From a virus, in the IMG/VR virus record IMGVR_UViG_3300043774_000656, positions 1 to 64,000 of that record: a stretch of 64,000 bases of DNA, one strand, 5' to 3'. The translations under genes and the position numbers were made by a program. Positions 39,601 to 48,162 of this stretch are shown one piece after another. The stretch's first letter is position 1; each line of letters opens with the position of its first letter. Below the pieces are notes generated by a model, which was not told the DNA's origin, did not search any database, and saw nothing but the letters and a program-made list of their open reading frames with translations.

Positions 39601-39754
39601 TTACTAGCGTTGCAGTCTCATATAAGCCTACTGAAACTTCAGGTAAATTTACACTACCTGTCCATATACCCAACATCTCATCATATGAGAAGTTAAGATC
39701 GGTTCCGTTTTTATCAAAAAAGCTTACGTATTTAAAATCTGTTGTAGCAGGCAT
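36605..39754 (-). CDS. Baseplate wedge protein (gp7-like) with PKD/Ig-like modules
   Basis: IGSYKGVINAIKFFGY...LREYW resembles the gp7/P2 gpI segment; GFYNVELRLFDTYNN and GRYELSLQLQDTNGN are PKD-like; lies downstream of the gp6-like gene. Confidence 0.65.
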   Translation of the reverse strand: MPATTDFKYVSFFDKNGTDLNFSYDEMLGIWTGSVNLPEVSVGLYETATLVILEEFLTTGGITRWGVPHYSDPNATFQATGSYDGSTWRAYWEDETDENDKFILFTFNLAQSKPKLNVVNTAIVDVDIDPTQSYTSFGQIITDDITSQSIQFNIGIVSEMEGVFERYLIIEEDGTNKMIARIKFYGEVVGEDERLTTLIQNLGYSLFEEDSPVFRTSDINEALPDFMLLNEKRKEMLLEGKNIQNFIGSYKGVINAIKFFGYNNVKLREYWLNVDSTSPNYGKYKTTTVIDVFDRTVNVNDPNTYVPNKIYKKTALFSLVYRINQVTNELDQYDIPVVTETDEFTLEEALIKLYGLKEVLRKRFLPSSSRIIDIIGEADYFGKTVTSAWNDQQRIDYLKIGIDPVFEVTPKFGYIQDLRPLNSLFDPEFTPYFLDRFVTLNDLNPEILGDIGPVLLAYFQDYGPNLNTIAQLPDKPGIPVGFPVVLENKSFTKTWIDAEVQWDELWANGVLIMDFIASNIGSGDVFIVKDVQSGKEISYTASFGDTPSQVAAGLLASFNAEYNIGDGKPWTYFEGTVVDKDNDSNFETFRLRQVIAGNFGIELKPFTQDNGAFGNNPTLSQSYASGNTLLSWDTFGQGNFYELEWRVFKDKTDESPAYEFKIRGDIATYNTVAINLPYVGFYNVELRLFDTYNNLSSKIYKDYVEVLSREVEFVGFYKFRELQYTWNSIFGMKKQPVLSEPILPGQPVSPYYPQYIWNEYGSSWDLPIAPSSSYFQGEASLYESLDRANYILNNSNPDQSLCYHFTNPEVDVYKDLYTPGPYFWNNLGAGSWDDSYHLWWQSCKVSGDTPANFRIYNVTASSSMTMQQSYPYPYTSTFLFTTSNLDTAADDLNNTTDPVFSKFIYNKVYDVDSGNNLILQFVQAVAKYTGQNGDWVDFTWQDPAIDIRYEQLTELNNPTYNDTRFLTDGIFLPRLTHLTFTYDMSKIPGKDLPIWNLRNLDSPGTDDIYFTGRWFTYLFKRSGRYELSLQLQDTNGNKKKTTKNILIIK

Positions 39755-40035
39755 TAGTTAATATGTTGATAATCTTTATTTACGCTAAATACTCTAAAAA
39801 TTCTAACCACCTTTGTAGTATTTATTAGATTAACAAAGTAGTCATTCATATAAATCGTAAAGTAATAGATTATTGGTACTCTGAGTAAGTGCTTAGATAC
39901 ACTTTTAGATGCCACAGTTTCCCTGTAGTCGTATGCTACATTTATTCTATATTCACCACCTGTTTTAGCTATAGAATAAAGACTCTTCTTTTTATAACCA
40001 AATCTGCCGTCAAGCACACTATTATTCCAAGCCAT
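39754..40035 (-). CDS. Hypothetical baseplate-associated protein
   Basis: 93 aa filling the gap between the gp6-like and gp7-like genes with coupled start/stop. Confidence 0.55.
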   Translation of the reverse strand: MAWNNSVLDGRFGYKKKSLYSIAKTGGEYRINVAYDYRETVASKSVSKHLLRVPIIYYFTIYMNDYFVNLINTTKVVRIFRVFSVNKDYQHIN

Positions 40036-40041
40036 TAGATA

Positions 40042-41922
40042 TTATTTTTTTAATTTAGCGTAATCGTCTCTGTACACGTTTTGACCTTTGTACTTATCCT
40101 TAATCTCTTGTTTAGCAGCATCCATTCTAGCCATGTTTAAAGTCAAATCTGCTTGATTTTTGAAGTATATGCCCAATGAAGAAGCTCTACCCTGTACAGG
40201 TGTAGGTTCATAGTACACACCGTTTCTATCAGTCCATCCACCTCTTATGACTGCAAGATCTCTCAGACCGGTTACAATATCACCAAACTCATCTAGACCT
40301 AAATTAGGATCTTCGTTTGGTGCAATAGGTATCTTAGTTTCAATAAGCTCTTTGTTAAAGAACACGTATCTCTTTTTATTACCTTCACCTTCCTGTAAGA
40401 ATGGTGTAGTAGGTGTAACTTTGTATGTCTTCTTTATATAGTAGCCATTTCTGATAGCTGTTTCGTTCTCTTCAGAAACAAAGAACACGCTTACAGAATC
40501 TACACCTTTGATATCTTCGATTATAGAAACTATATCGCTCTTTGGTGTTCTATCTCTGCGTCTAATTTTTATGAAATAGTCATTAAGCTTAGATCTTATT
40601 TCATTTTCTATAACACCTAGATCATAACCTTCAAATGTTCTTAAAACTATATTCAGTGCATACTTTTTAATTGTAGGATCAACGAACTGAAGTTCAGTGC
40701 TGGTCATTTGTCTACCACTTTCATTAATTACAGCTTTTAGCATTCTTTTCTCATCGTCTGTGAGTGTAAACTCTTCAAGATCGATTGTAAAATAATCATT
40801 GTCTGTAGTAACCTTTCTCTGTATGTCAGGCACTAAAAATAAATAAATGATGTTGTCGTCATCTAGATAATCATCTCCTGTTTCGTTGAAAGCATCAATG
40901 TAAGAGAAGTAATTAAATTTAGAAAGATAATACTCGTAGTTTTCTGGGTTAGCTAATACAAATGACCTGCTAGCCATAGGCGCTATAAGCTTTGTGAAAA
41001 ATGGACTTTCTTCATTTGAACCCAATGTTGGATTCTTTGAAGTTTCAATAAGTAAAAATTCGTTTAGGTCTACTTCTTCACCGTTAACATCACTACCTGG
41101 ATCTATAAATGTAAATTCAACAGGTTCTGATCTAGAGCTAATGTTACCTCCTGCACCTGCTGTAGCAAGATATTCAACATCTATGAATGCACCCCTTTCT
41201 GGGGCTTTACCAAAAAAGCCATTACCGAAAAATAGATCTAAACCTCCGGCCAAACCTGTTCTAACAATAACACCCTTTGTATCTAAAGCCATGTCATACA
41301 ATGAATCATATAATTGCCATAACTCGCCATTTACATAAACTTTCACGTTATCATTATCTACCATACCAGGTGTGTTAACGTTAAATGATTGCATAGCTTC
41401 ACCTGTTCCAACAACTCTCTGTGTCTCAAATTCACCCTGTATTATAGCACAGTATGTAAAATCTACAGTGTTCTTTTCAGCTCTGATAAAATCACCAGAA
41501 AAAGTCATGGTATACTTTATGCCATTGTCTTTGCATCTAAGTATAGTTCTATTTGAAATCAGGATGTATGGTCCTGGAAATTGAGACTGCTTACCTGGTT
41601 TAAACTTAAATCTTACTTCACCCAGTGCACTTATAGGTCTGGTTGGATTATGACCAGTAAGAGCAGCTAAACCATAAATAGATTCAAGGTTGTTTGCAGT
41701 CATGATATTGTTTTCAGTAACTGCATCTGTAATATAAAACATAATCAATTCACCGATATTTGACATTACCTTAAGTAATTGACCAAATGGTGAAGATACT
41801 GTAAAAACCTTTAGAGAACTTTGATAAGCACCTACAAGAAAGCTTATTGAGTCTTCATATATTTGCTCACCTAGTATTCTAGTTTTATGTAGAAAGTTAT
41901 AATTATCTTTAACTGTTGACAT
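40042..41922 (-). CDS. Baseplate wedge protein (gp6/J-like)
   Basis: TANNLESIYGLA..GHNP, FGNGFFGKAP, YLATAGAGGN, GSNEES and ENYE motifs typical of gp6. Confidence 0.85.
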   Translation of the reverse strand: MSTVKDNYNFLHKTRILGEQIYEDSISFLVGAYQSSLKVFTVSSPFGQLLKVMSNIGELIMFYITDAVTENNIMTANNLESIYGLAALTGHNPTRPISALGEVRFKFKPGKQSQFPGPYILISNRTILRCKDNGIKYTMTFSGDFIRAEKNTVDFTYCAIIQGEFETQRVVGTGEAMQSFNVNTPGMVDNDNVKVYVNGELWQLYDSLYDMALDTKGVIVRTGLAGGLDLFFGNGFFGKAPERGAFIDVEYLATAGAGGNISSRSEPVEFTFIDPGSDVNGEEVDLNEFLLIETSKNPTLGSNEESPFFTKLIAPMASRSFVLANPENYEYYLSKFNYFSYIDAFNETGDDYLDDDNIIYLFLVPDIQRKVTTDNDYFTIDLEEFTLTDDEKRMLKAVINESGRQMTSTELQFVDPTIKKYALNIVLRTFEGYDLGVIENEIRSKLNDYFIKIRRRDRTPKSDIVSIIEDIKGVDSVSVFFVSEENETAIRNGYYIKKTYKVTPTTPFLQEGEGNKKRYVFFNKELIETKIPIAPNEDPNLGLDEFGDIVTGLRDLAVIRGGWTDRNGVYYEPTPVQGRASSLGIYFKNQADLTLNMARMDAAKQEIKDKYKGQNVYRDDYAKLKK

Positions 41923-41936
41923 TTATTAAGTTTTAT

Positions 41937-42299
41937 TTACGCGAACACCATACCCATGTAGGTTTGACCATTTATTACTATATCTAAAACAGCCAAATCT
42001 CTTGAACCATCTTTATAGAATTTACAAGAACAGTCTACATTATATCTATTTGCCAGCATTCTACTGTATTGTTCTATCTGTGTATTAACCATACTTTCTA
42101 TTGTAGAAGCCGACATATTAGTACTAAATACTAAATCGTCTAGATTCGCACCAATGTATGGTTCACCTAGAACATCCGTTCTTCTGGTAAATAATATAAC
42201 CTCGATCTGTGTAAGAAGTAATTCTAAATCACCAAGCACTTCAATTTTGTCATTAACAAAACCAGGATCGCCTTCGATTTTAGTGTAAATGTCTGCCAT
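41937..42299 (-). CDS. Baseplate protein gp25-like
   Basis: QIEVILFTRRTDVLGEPYIGANLDDLVF matches the gp25 pattern; 120 aa upstream of gp6. Confidence 0.8.
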   Translation of the reverse strand: MADIYTKIEGDPGFVNDKIEVLGDLELLLTQIEVILFTRRTDVLGEPYIGANLDDLVFSTNMSASTIESMVNTQIEQYSRMLANRYNVDCSCKFYKDGSRDLAVLDIVINGQTYMGMVFA

Positions 42300-42302
42300 T
42301 CA

Positions 42303-43118
42303 TTAACTTGTTAAGAAGTAATCTACGCCTTCGTCTCCCTTAATCTCTTCCTTGATTGCATCAAGTTCTTCCTGACCAGCATCTCTGATCATGTCAGCAT
42401 TGAGAGTAACGTTACCCGGCATTTGATAACTAAATGTCATCAACATTGTGCCCAGTTGAGTTTTACATTTTGCCACAACATATCTGTGGAAAATCTCATC
42501 TGAATATAAAGCACAGTCTGATATAGATTCATACACACTAAGCACACAGTTGTGCTTTGGTGTTTCACCTTGTATCTTTAAAATTCTATTTAATCTATTA
42601 TAGTTGTATGATACCTTGGAATTAAGTACCTGTCTGGCCATATCAAATAAATTCTCGTTTGCTACATAATACATAAGGTTTTCACCGAGTACTGTTGTAC
42701 CTCCACCAAGGGCATATGCATTTGCAAATATGAATTTATCTAATGTAAAATCCGCGTCTAGACTAAAACCATTATTACCAGATCCAATCAAAAATTCACC
42801 TGCCTGTGTCAATTCATTTACACCGACAATATATCCTGCACCATCTGGTCTCGCAGGAGGTAGTGGTATTTCTCTTTTAGCCTTAAACAGATCTGTTGTA
42901 AACGTAGATCTAGGTATTACATAATAACCTTCCTGTACTGAGTCTTCATAGTTCTTATAAAACCATTTTTTAGTCTCAGTAATAATACGAACCATTTCCT
43001 TTTTAGGTATGGTAATAGGTATCATACAAGCGCTTGTCAATTCTGAATTGACATTGCTGATCAGCTGATCTAAACATCTACCAGCGTTTGCCGCTAATTC
43101 ATCGTTAATACTTGGCAT
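42303..43118 (-). CDS. Neck protein (gp13-like)
   Basis: C-terminal RYVVAKCKTQLG...MPGNVTLNADMI..GQEEL resembles T4 gp13-family C-termini. Confidence 0.75.
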   Translation of the reverse strand: MPSINDELAANAGRCLDQLISNVNSELTSACMIPITIPKKEMVRIITETKKWFYKNYEDSVQEGYYVIPRSTFTTDLFKAKREIPLPPARPDGAGYIVGVNELTQAGEFLIGSGNNGFSLDADFTLDKFIFANAYALGGGTTVLGENLMYYVANENLFDMARQVLNSKVSYNYNRLNRILKIQGETPKHNCVLSVYESISDCALYSDEIFHRYVVAKCKTQLGTMLMTFSYQMPGNVTLNADMIRDAGQEELDAIKEEIKGDEGVDYFLTS

Positions 43119-44424
43119 TTATACCTGGGATTATTTTCTCAAATTTAACTACTTCAGTGCCATCAAATTTAGATAGATCTGTAATCTTACCTTCTCTGAA
43201 GATACCGTTAATCATAGTACCGTTCATAACACCATTATTACCACAGAAGTATGAATCATTCAAGGTTACACTTCTGTTGACATATGAATCTTTAAGCTTA
43301 CAGTTAGTAGCTTCACATCCGTCAAATAGGTTAGACTCATATATTTCTGTTCCTGTAAGTTCTGATGCAAACACATCGCACTTATTTAGAATACCTCTAA
43401 CCTTTGTACAGTCCACGATATCAACCTCTTCTAGCTTAAATGAACCACTTAGATCTGCATCCTTGATCTGTATCTTACCAGTGTTGGAGTCATAGTTAAT
43501 TATACCTGAAGCCATTGCGCCTTCAGTAAGTATATCAAATATCTTATCTCTGATCTTAGACCAGAATGATTTAATGTTTCTGTCATCGGTGTCTAAATTA
43601 ACCAGCAATCCAATCTTTGGGAAATTTTCTTTAAATTTCTCAAATGATCTATAGGCTTCTAGAATGTTCTGATGTTTTTCAAGTATCTTCTTGAGTTTCT
43701 TTTTATCATCCTGTGTAAATACTGGATTGGCTGCAGTCTTATAGAGTGATTCTATGAATTGATCCTGTGTAGCTAAAAGCTTATCAGTCTTCTTTTCATA
43801 ACCATCACCGCCTAGATATCTAAATTCAAGATAGTTCTTTTCAAGCTTGAGGAAGTTTACACCATAATACTTTTCGGTAGGAAATATAAAATCAGACTGA
43901 CTAACATTCTTAGCAGTATCATAGCTAAGTTTATCTACAGGTACTACAAACTTTATAGACTTGGCATATACAGAATCTTTACGATCAGGATAATCTTTAA
44001 AGATCTTATCTTCGTCAAAATCCAAAATGAATTTAAGCCTGTTTAATCTAACTAAAAAACTAGAACCTAGCTTCTCGTCATTAAATGATATATTGAAGTG
44101 TAGACCACATCTGCTATTAGTATAACCGTTCTCTTTTATCCATTTAAGAACTTTGATTAAAGTAATTCTGGCTTCCTGATATGGTTGTGATGCTGTTACT
44201 AATTCAATAAGCTTCTTACCGCCTGAATAATCCTTCTCTATCTTATAATGATCAGGTGTTACTTTAAAATCACTATGTGACTCATCAAACACGCTTATCT
44301 TTTTACCTAAATATCTGGCCAGCATTTCAGCTGTTTCCTCGGTCTTATAATTAGAATAGAACTCAAATTCATAACCAATCTTAGAGTTCATCAAGACATT
44401 TATTGTCTGCTCATTTAACAACAT
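43105..44424 (-). CDS. Putative amidoligase (COOH-NH2 ligase fold) with C-terminal beta-helix-like repeats
   Basis: GYEFEF, ELVT, CGLHFN, KYYGVN and EFRYLGG motifs, then pentapeptide-like repeats. Confidence 0.8.
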   Translation of the reverse strand: MLLNEQTINVLMNSKIGYEFEFYSNYKTEETAEMLARYLGKKISVFDESHSDFKVTPDHYKIEKDYSGGKKLIELVTASQPYQEARITLIKVLKWIKENGYTNSRCGLHFNISFNDEKLGSSFLVRLNRLKFILDFDEDKIFKDYPDRKDSVYAKSIKFVVPVDKLSYDTAKNVSQSDFIFPTEKYYGVNFLKLEKNYLEFRYLGGDGYEKKTDKLLATQDQFIESLYKTAANPVFTQDDKKKLKKILEKHQNILEAYRSFEKFKENFPKIGLLVNLDTDDRNIKSFWSKIRDKIFDILTEGAMASGIINYDSNTGKIQIKDADLSGSFKLEEVDIVDCTKVRGILNKCDVFASELTGTEIYESNLFDGCEATNCKLKDSYVNRSVTLNDSYFCGNNGVMNGTMINGIFREGKITDLSKFDGTEVVKFEKIIPGINAKY

Positions 44425-44435
44425 AGTGAAGCCAG

Positions 44436-44454
44436 TATTTTGAGTATATATTTA
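44436..44454 (-). promoter_or_regulatory. Putative late promoter, extended (TAAATATATACTCAAAATA)
   Basis: Exact 19-bp match to 56936-56954 and near match at 52116-52132. Confidence 0.7.
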
Positions 44455-44457
44455 AGA

Positions 44458-44485
44458 CAAAAAGAAAGGGGCTTGATGCCCCTTT
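44458..44485 (-). terminator. Intrinsic terminator after the S1 gene
   Basis: AAAGGGGC-loop-GCCCCTTT hairpin followed by a T-rich run on the minus strand. Confidence 0.85.
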
Positions 44486-44487
44486 AA

Positions 44488-45639
44488 TTATTTTTGCGTA
44501 TCTGCAGCTAAGCTCAAGAATACCTTCTTATTGACTTTGTCAAGCTTGTTTATCCTTACTCCTACTGTATCACCTTCTTTGAATTTACCTTTTAATTCAC
44601 TTACGTGGATTAGACCGGAAATACCTGGTGAAAGTTCAACAAACGCACCATACTCTTTAATGCTTGTAATTCTACCAACAACTACCGATGATGGCTTATA
44701 AACCTCTTCAGCTTTCTCCCAAGGGCTTTCTTTATAAAACTGGGTAAGAATGATCTTGAAGTTGGTAATAATTTCCTTTACATAGAACTCGAGTGTATCA
44801 CCTGGTTTAATTTGACCTGCTTCATGTTTAGCTTTCAGATCATCTGTAAGATCACTGGAGTGTATCATACCTGTAAGACATTCACTAAACTCACAGAATA
44901 CTCCATACTTTGTAGTACCTGTCACGAAGCCTGTTTGTAATTGTGCAGGATTCTCCTTTATCTTCTCTATTGCAGAAGGTATGAGCGAGTGTAAGTATTG
45001 TCTATGTGAAACAACAACTGTACTCTTTTCTTTAGAATAGTTAACAACCATTACAGGTAATTCCTTTCCAAGAAGAACTGTAAAGTCATGTAACTTATTT
45101 AGACCAGCTAAAGATCCTGGCATAAAAGCTTTAATACCGTCAATATCGACCATGTAACCAGCTGAAATCAATTCTTCAACTCTAGCTATATAGGCAACGT
45201 TGTCTTTACCAATTGCATCAATAAGCTCTTTTGTTTTCATTTCATTTACACTATCTGTGAATGATGCTGAAATGAAATCTTTAGTTTTATTCTCTCCGAT
45301 TTTTACAGAAAGTCTAGTACCAACTTTGAAAAGCTCTTTAAATTCTGCAGCTTCTTTTTTCAGGTCCATATAAGCATGTTCACGATATCCTATATCGAAA
45401 ATTGCATCATCTCCTGTAATACTAATAATTTCTGCTTCGACCAGTTGACCTTTTACTGGCTCTCTGTAATTGCTTGATCTCTTTTCATAAAGATCATAGA
45501 GTTCTTGTGCGTCTTCTCCATAATAGAATACTTTATCACCGGCTACGGTTTTAACTTTTCTATTTGGTTTTCTTTTGATTTTAGCCTGTTCTGATTCGAC
45601 TTCAAGCCAAAAACTTTCTTCGGTTTGGAAACCTGACAT
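44488..45639 (-). CDS. rpsA: Ribosomal protein S1 homolog (four S1 domains)
   Basis: GQLVEAEI...DIG; AGYMVDIDGIKAFMPGS...VVVSHR; YGVFCEF...GMIHSSDL; YGAFVELSPGISGLIHVSEL. Same order as S1 domains D1-D4. Confidence 0.9.
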   Translation of the reverse strand: MSGFQTEESFWLEVESEQAKIKRKPNRKVKTVAGDKVFYYGEDAQELYDLYEKRSSNYREPVKGQLVEAEIISITGDDAIFDIGYREHAYMDLKKEAAEFKELFKVGTRLSVKIGENKTKDFISASFTDSVNEMKTKELIDAIGKDNVAYIARVEELISAGYMVDIDGIKAFMPGSLAGLNKLHDFTVLLGKELPVMVVNYSKEKSTVVVSHRQYLHSLIPSAIEKIKENPAQLQTGFVTGTTKYGVFCEFSECLTGMIHSSDLTDDLKAKHEAGQIKPGDTLEFYVKEIITNFKIILTQFYKESPWEKAEEVYKPSSVVVGRITSIKEYGAFVELSPGISGLIHVSELKGKFKEGDTVGVRINKLDKVNKKVFLSLAADTQK

Positions 45640-45686
45640 AAAATAATTTTTAAAGGGTTAAACAATATACTATTATACTATCATAG

Positions 45687-45694
45687 TATATATC
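45687..45694 (-). promoter_or_regulatory. Putative late promoter GATATATA upstream of S1
   Basis: GATATATACT motif in the 61-bp intergenic gap; a TATAAT element also lies at 45672-45677. Confidence 0.6.
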
Positions 45695-45700
45695 CGTCTG

Positions 45701-46084
45701 TTATACGATTGTAGCAGGTGCAGAAGGGGTTGAAGTTGCTCCACTGCCTGCACCTGAATTGGTAACTACATTAACTACCTGGCCAGGTGGTATAGTTATA
45801 GTAGCAGACTTAATGTATCTGTCTATATTGTTTACAAGTACTGGTGCAAGCTTAACAGCCATTGCTTTACCAAAAACTTCTGAAGCTTTTTCTAGATCTA
45901 CAGTCTTATTACCCTTCCTTGTATTTAGGTTTATAGGTACATCAATGCCAAAACTGGTTTGTACATTGACAACAACGTTGTCTTTAGGATCTAAGGCTCT
46001 ATTGTAAAGAACCATTGCTTCAGCTGCTGATTTAGATATAGCATCAAATAGTGATACGTAAAATGTAAGAGGTACTAATGGCAT
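45701..46084 (-). CDS. Hypothetical protein, possible spike-tip protein
   Basis: 127 aa directly downstream of the gp5-like spike; G/T/P-rich C-terminus. Confidence 0.45.
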   Translation of the reverse strand: MPLVPLTFYVSLFDAISKSAAEAMVLYNRALDPKDNVVVNVQTSFGIDVPINLNTRKGNKTVDLEKASEVFGKAMAVKLAPVLVNNIDRYIKSATITIPPGQVVNVVTNSGAGSGATSTPSAPATIV

Positions 46085-46095
46085 AATTTAAGTTT

Positions 46096-46905
46096 TTATA
46101 ATTGTGATGGACCGTCTATTGAAACGGAACTACTTCTTGTTTGAGGTATGGTTGCAGCTTTAATCGGCGCAGCTATTTGTGTTATTACAGGTTGTGCTGC
46201 AGTACCAAGCGCAGTCAGTGCCGCAGATAAAGGTGCTAATGGAAATATAGCACCACATACGGTAGCCTGAGCAGTAGCATACGTCTGTACAGCAATAGCT
46301 AAATTATTTATCTGATCAGCTAAAGCATTAAGTGCATCTACATTTTTATTACCTAACACTGCTGGCTCATCTGATTCATTTTCTTTGCCTATGCTTATAC
46401 TATCCTGTTGTACATGTATTACTTTACCACCGGAGTGTTGTATGAAAACAGTATTATCAGGTCGTATGTTTATTTGACTACCGTTATAATCCAACATTAA
46501 ACCTGTTTCTTCAGTAAAGAAAATCTTAATTGGACCCGGTTGAGCTTCAGTATCGTATATTATAGAATGAGCATTCGTATAAGAACCTTCTATCTCAGCT
46601 TTCAATTCATCTGAGATGTGTTGATGATAAAAGTATTCCGGTTCATACATATCACCATTATCAAAACTAATACCAACAACTGAATCGACCTTAGGCACAG
46701 AATGAAAACCAGAACCAGTTGCTGAACCTCCTGTTACCATGTTTAAAGGTCTAGCCCAAGGTAAGTCTTCGTCTAAGACATCGTCAAATTTACCAAAAAT
46801 TCTAACTTTAATCTTACCCTCAAAATCAGGATCTTGATTATCTATTACTTTACCTAACCAATTCGATGTTTTTAAATCGTCTTGAAATAAATTATTTAAT
46901 GCCAT
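46096..46905 (-). CDS. Baseplate central spike (gp5-like OB fold, no lysozyme domain)
   Basis: GKVIDNQDPDFEGKIKVRIFG...LPWA...VPKVDSVVGISFDNGD, then short beta repeats and EPAVLG. Confidence 0.88.
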   Translation of the reverse strand: MALNNLFQDDLKTSNWLGKVIDNQDPDFEGKIKVRIFGKFDDVLDEDLPWARPLNMVTGGSATGSGFHSVPKVDSVVGISFDNGDMYEPEYFYHQHISDELKAEIEGSYTNAHSIIYDTEAQPGPIKIFFTEETGLMLDYNGSQINIRPDNTVFIQHSGGKVIHVQQDSISIGKENESDEPAVLGNKNVDALNALADQINNLAIAVQTYATAQATVCGAIFPLAPLSAALTALGTAAQPVITQIAAPIKAATIPQTRSSSVSIDGPSQL

Positions 46906-46907
46906 AG

Positions 46908-48161
46908 TTATGATCGATAAATGTTACCTAAAGCACTAGGTGTAGCATCAGCGGCCCTATTGTTTTGTCTATTCTGTGATAATACGTCAGCCTGTTGTCC
47001 TAATGAGAGTAAAGAACCCTGCTGTAATGCACTTAAAGCATTTGATGCAGAAAATCCATATACATTACCTAATAGTAATCTATTAAATCTAGCAGCAAGA
47101 CCTTCTGTAGCATTTCTTGCTAATTGTTCTGCTGTGTTTAGGGCAGCACCTGCTAATGCAGCACCTGCATTTTTAGCCGCAGATTCCATTAAATCTCGAC
47201 GTGCATCAGGATCTTCTGCCAACTGCTTTAATTTCTCAATCATTCCAACACCATCACCTGTTTCAGGTGCTGGAAGATCACCTAGGAATGAATAATTCAT
47301 ACCTGTACCTTCATATCCTGGAGGAAGATTCATTATAGTTGGATTGATATAACTTTCATCAATGCTATCATACGTAAACTCTATTACCTGTGATGCTGGT
47401 TCAGGTGCTACATTAGATACTGAAGCAAAATTACCAAACGACTTATCCGAATCAAATTCACATTTCTTAAGTGTAAACATAATGTTTGCACCAAATTCAT
47501 TTACAACTTTTGCAGTTTCCATTGCAGCTTTTTGTGCAGGTGTTTCAATCGTGGGTAAACTTATAGGTGTAGCACTTGGGTATAGTGATGTAAGTTGATT
47601 AAATGTATTTACAGCAGCATCAAGTGCACCGGCATTTGCCTGTATGTTTCTTATTTCCTGTATGAATATAGTTACCTGGAACTTCCTTAAATTACTTGGG
47701 ATAATCTCTCTTCTAAATTCATAATCAAAGCACGCCTTTCTGTATAAGTCCATTAGAGCAGTTATCCTAAGGTCAATAGATTCAAGTGTAGTAACTTTAA
47801 GTCTAGACTCGTCTCCACCTTTATATGGATCTGAAAGTTTTTTATAGTCCCAAACTTTATCTATACCCTCAACTGTTTGCCAATACCACGGCATCCAATA
47901 ATTAGTGTCCAGTAATAATTCCTGAAACATTTTAAGATATTCAAATCTAGCACTCTGGTTATTTGCCGCTAAATAATTTAAAGCACTGCCTACCTTCAAA
48001 GAGTCTCTTACTAAGAGTGGGCTTTCTTTTGTGTCAAAGTCATTAAATAAAAGTACAAACCCTAAATATGTAGGATCATTATACTTGCCATAATCGGCCT
48101 GTAGTCCCTTTCTGAACCTTTCAATGGTCGATAAATCAAATGTTCTAGTTGCTACTGCCAT
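46908..48161 (-). CDS. Baseplate/tail tube initiator-like protein (gp54-like)
   Basis: Tube-fold-like pattern in the N-terminal part; position within the hub genes. Confidence 0.45.
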   Translation of the reverse strand: MAVATRTFDLSTIERFRKGLQADYGKYNDPTYLGFVLLFNDFDTKESPLLVRDSLKVGSALNYLAANNQSARFEYLKMFQELLLDTNYWMPWYWQTVEGIDKVWDYKKLSDPYKGGDESRLKVTTLESIDLRITALMDLYRKACFDYEFRREIIPSNLRKFQVTIFIQEIRNIQANAGALDAAVNTFNQLTSLYPSATPISLPTIETPAQKAAMETAKVVNEFGANIMFTLKKCEFDSDKSFGNFASVSNVAPEPASQVIEFTYDSIDESYINPTIMNLPPGYEGTGMNYSFLGDLPAPETGDGVGMIEKLKQLAEDPDARRDLMESAAKNAGAALAGAALNTAEQLARNATEGLAARFNRLLLGNVYGFSASNALSALQQGSLLSLGQQADVLSQNRQNNRAADATPSALGNIYRS

Positions 48162-48162
48162 G

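Noticed and set aside
44488-45639. Host chromosomal contamination suggested by rpsA (also rnhB and uvrD)
   Set aside because: These genes share the strand, packing and promoter motifs of the flanking phage genes, and no bacterial operon context is present.
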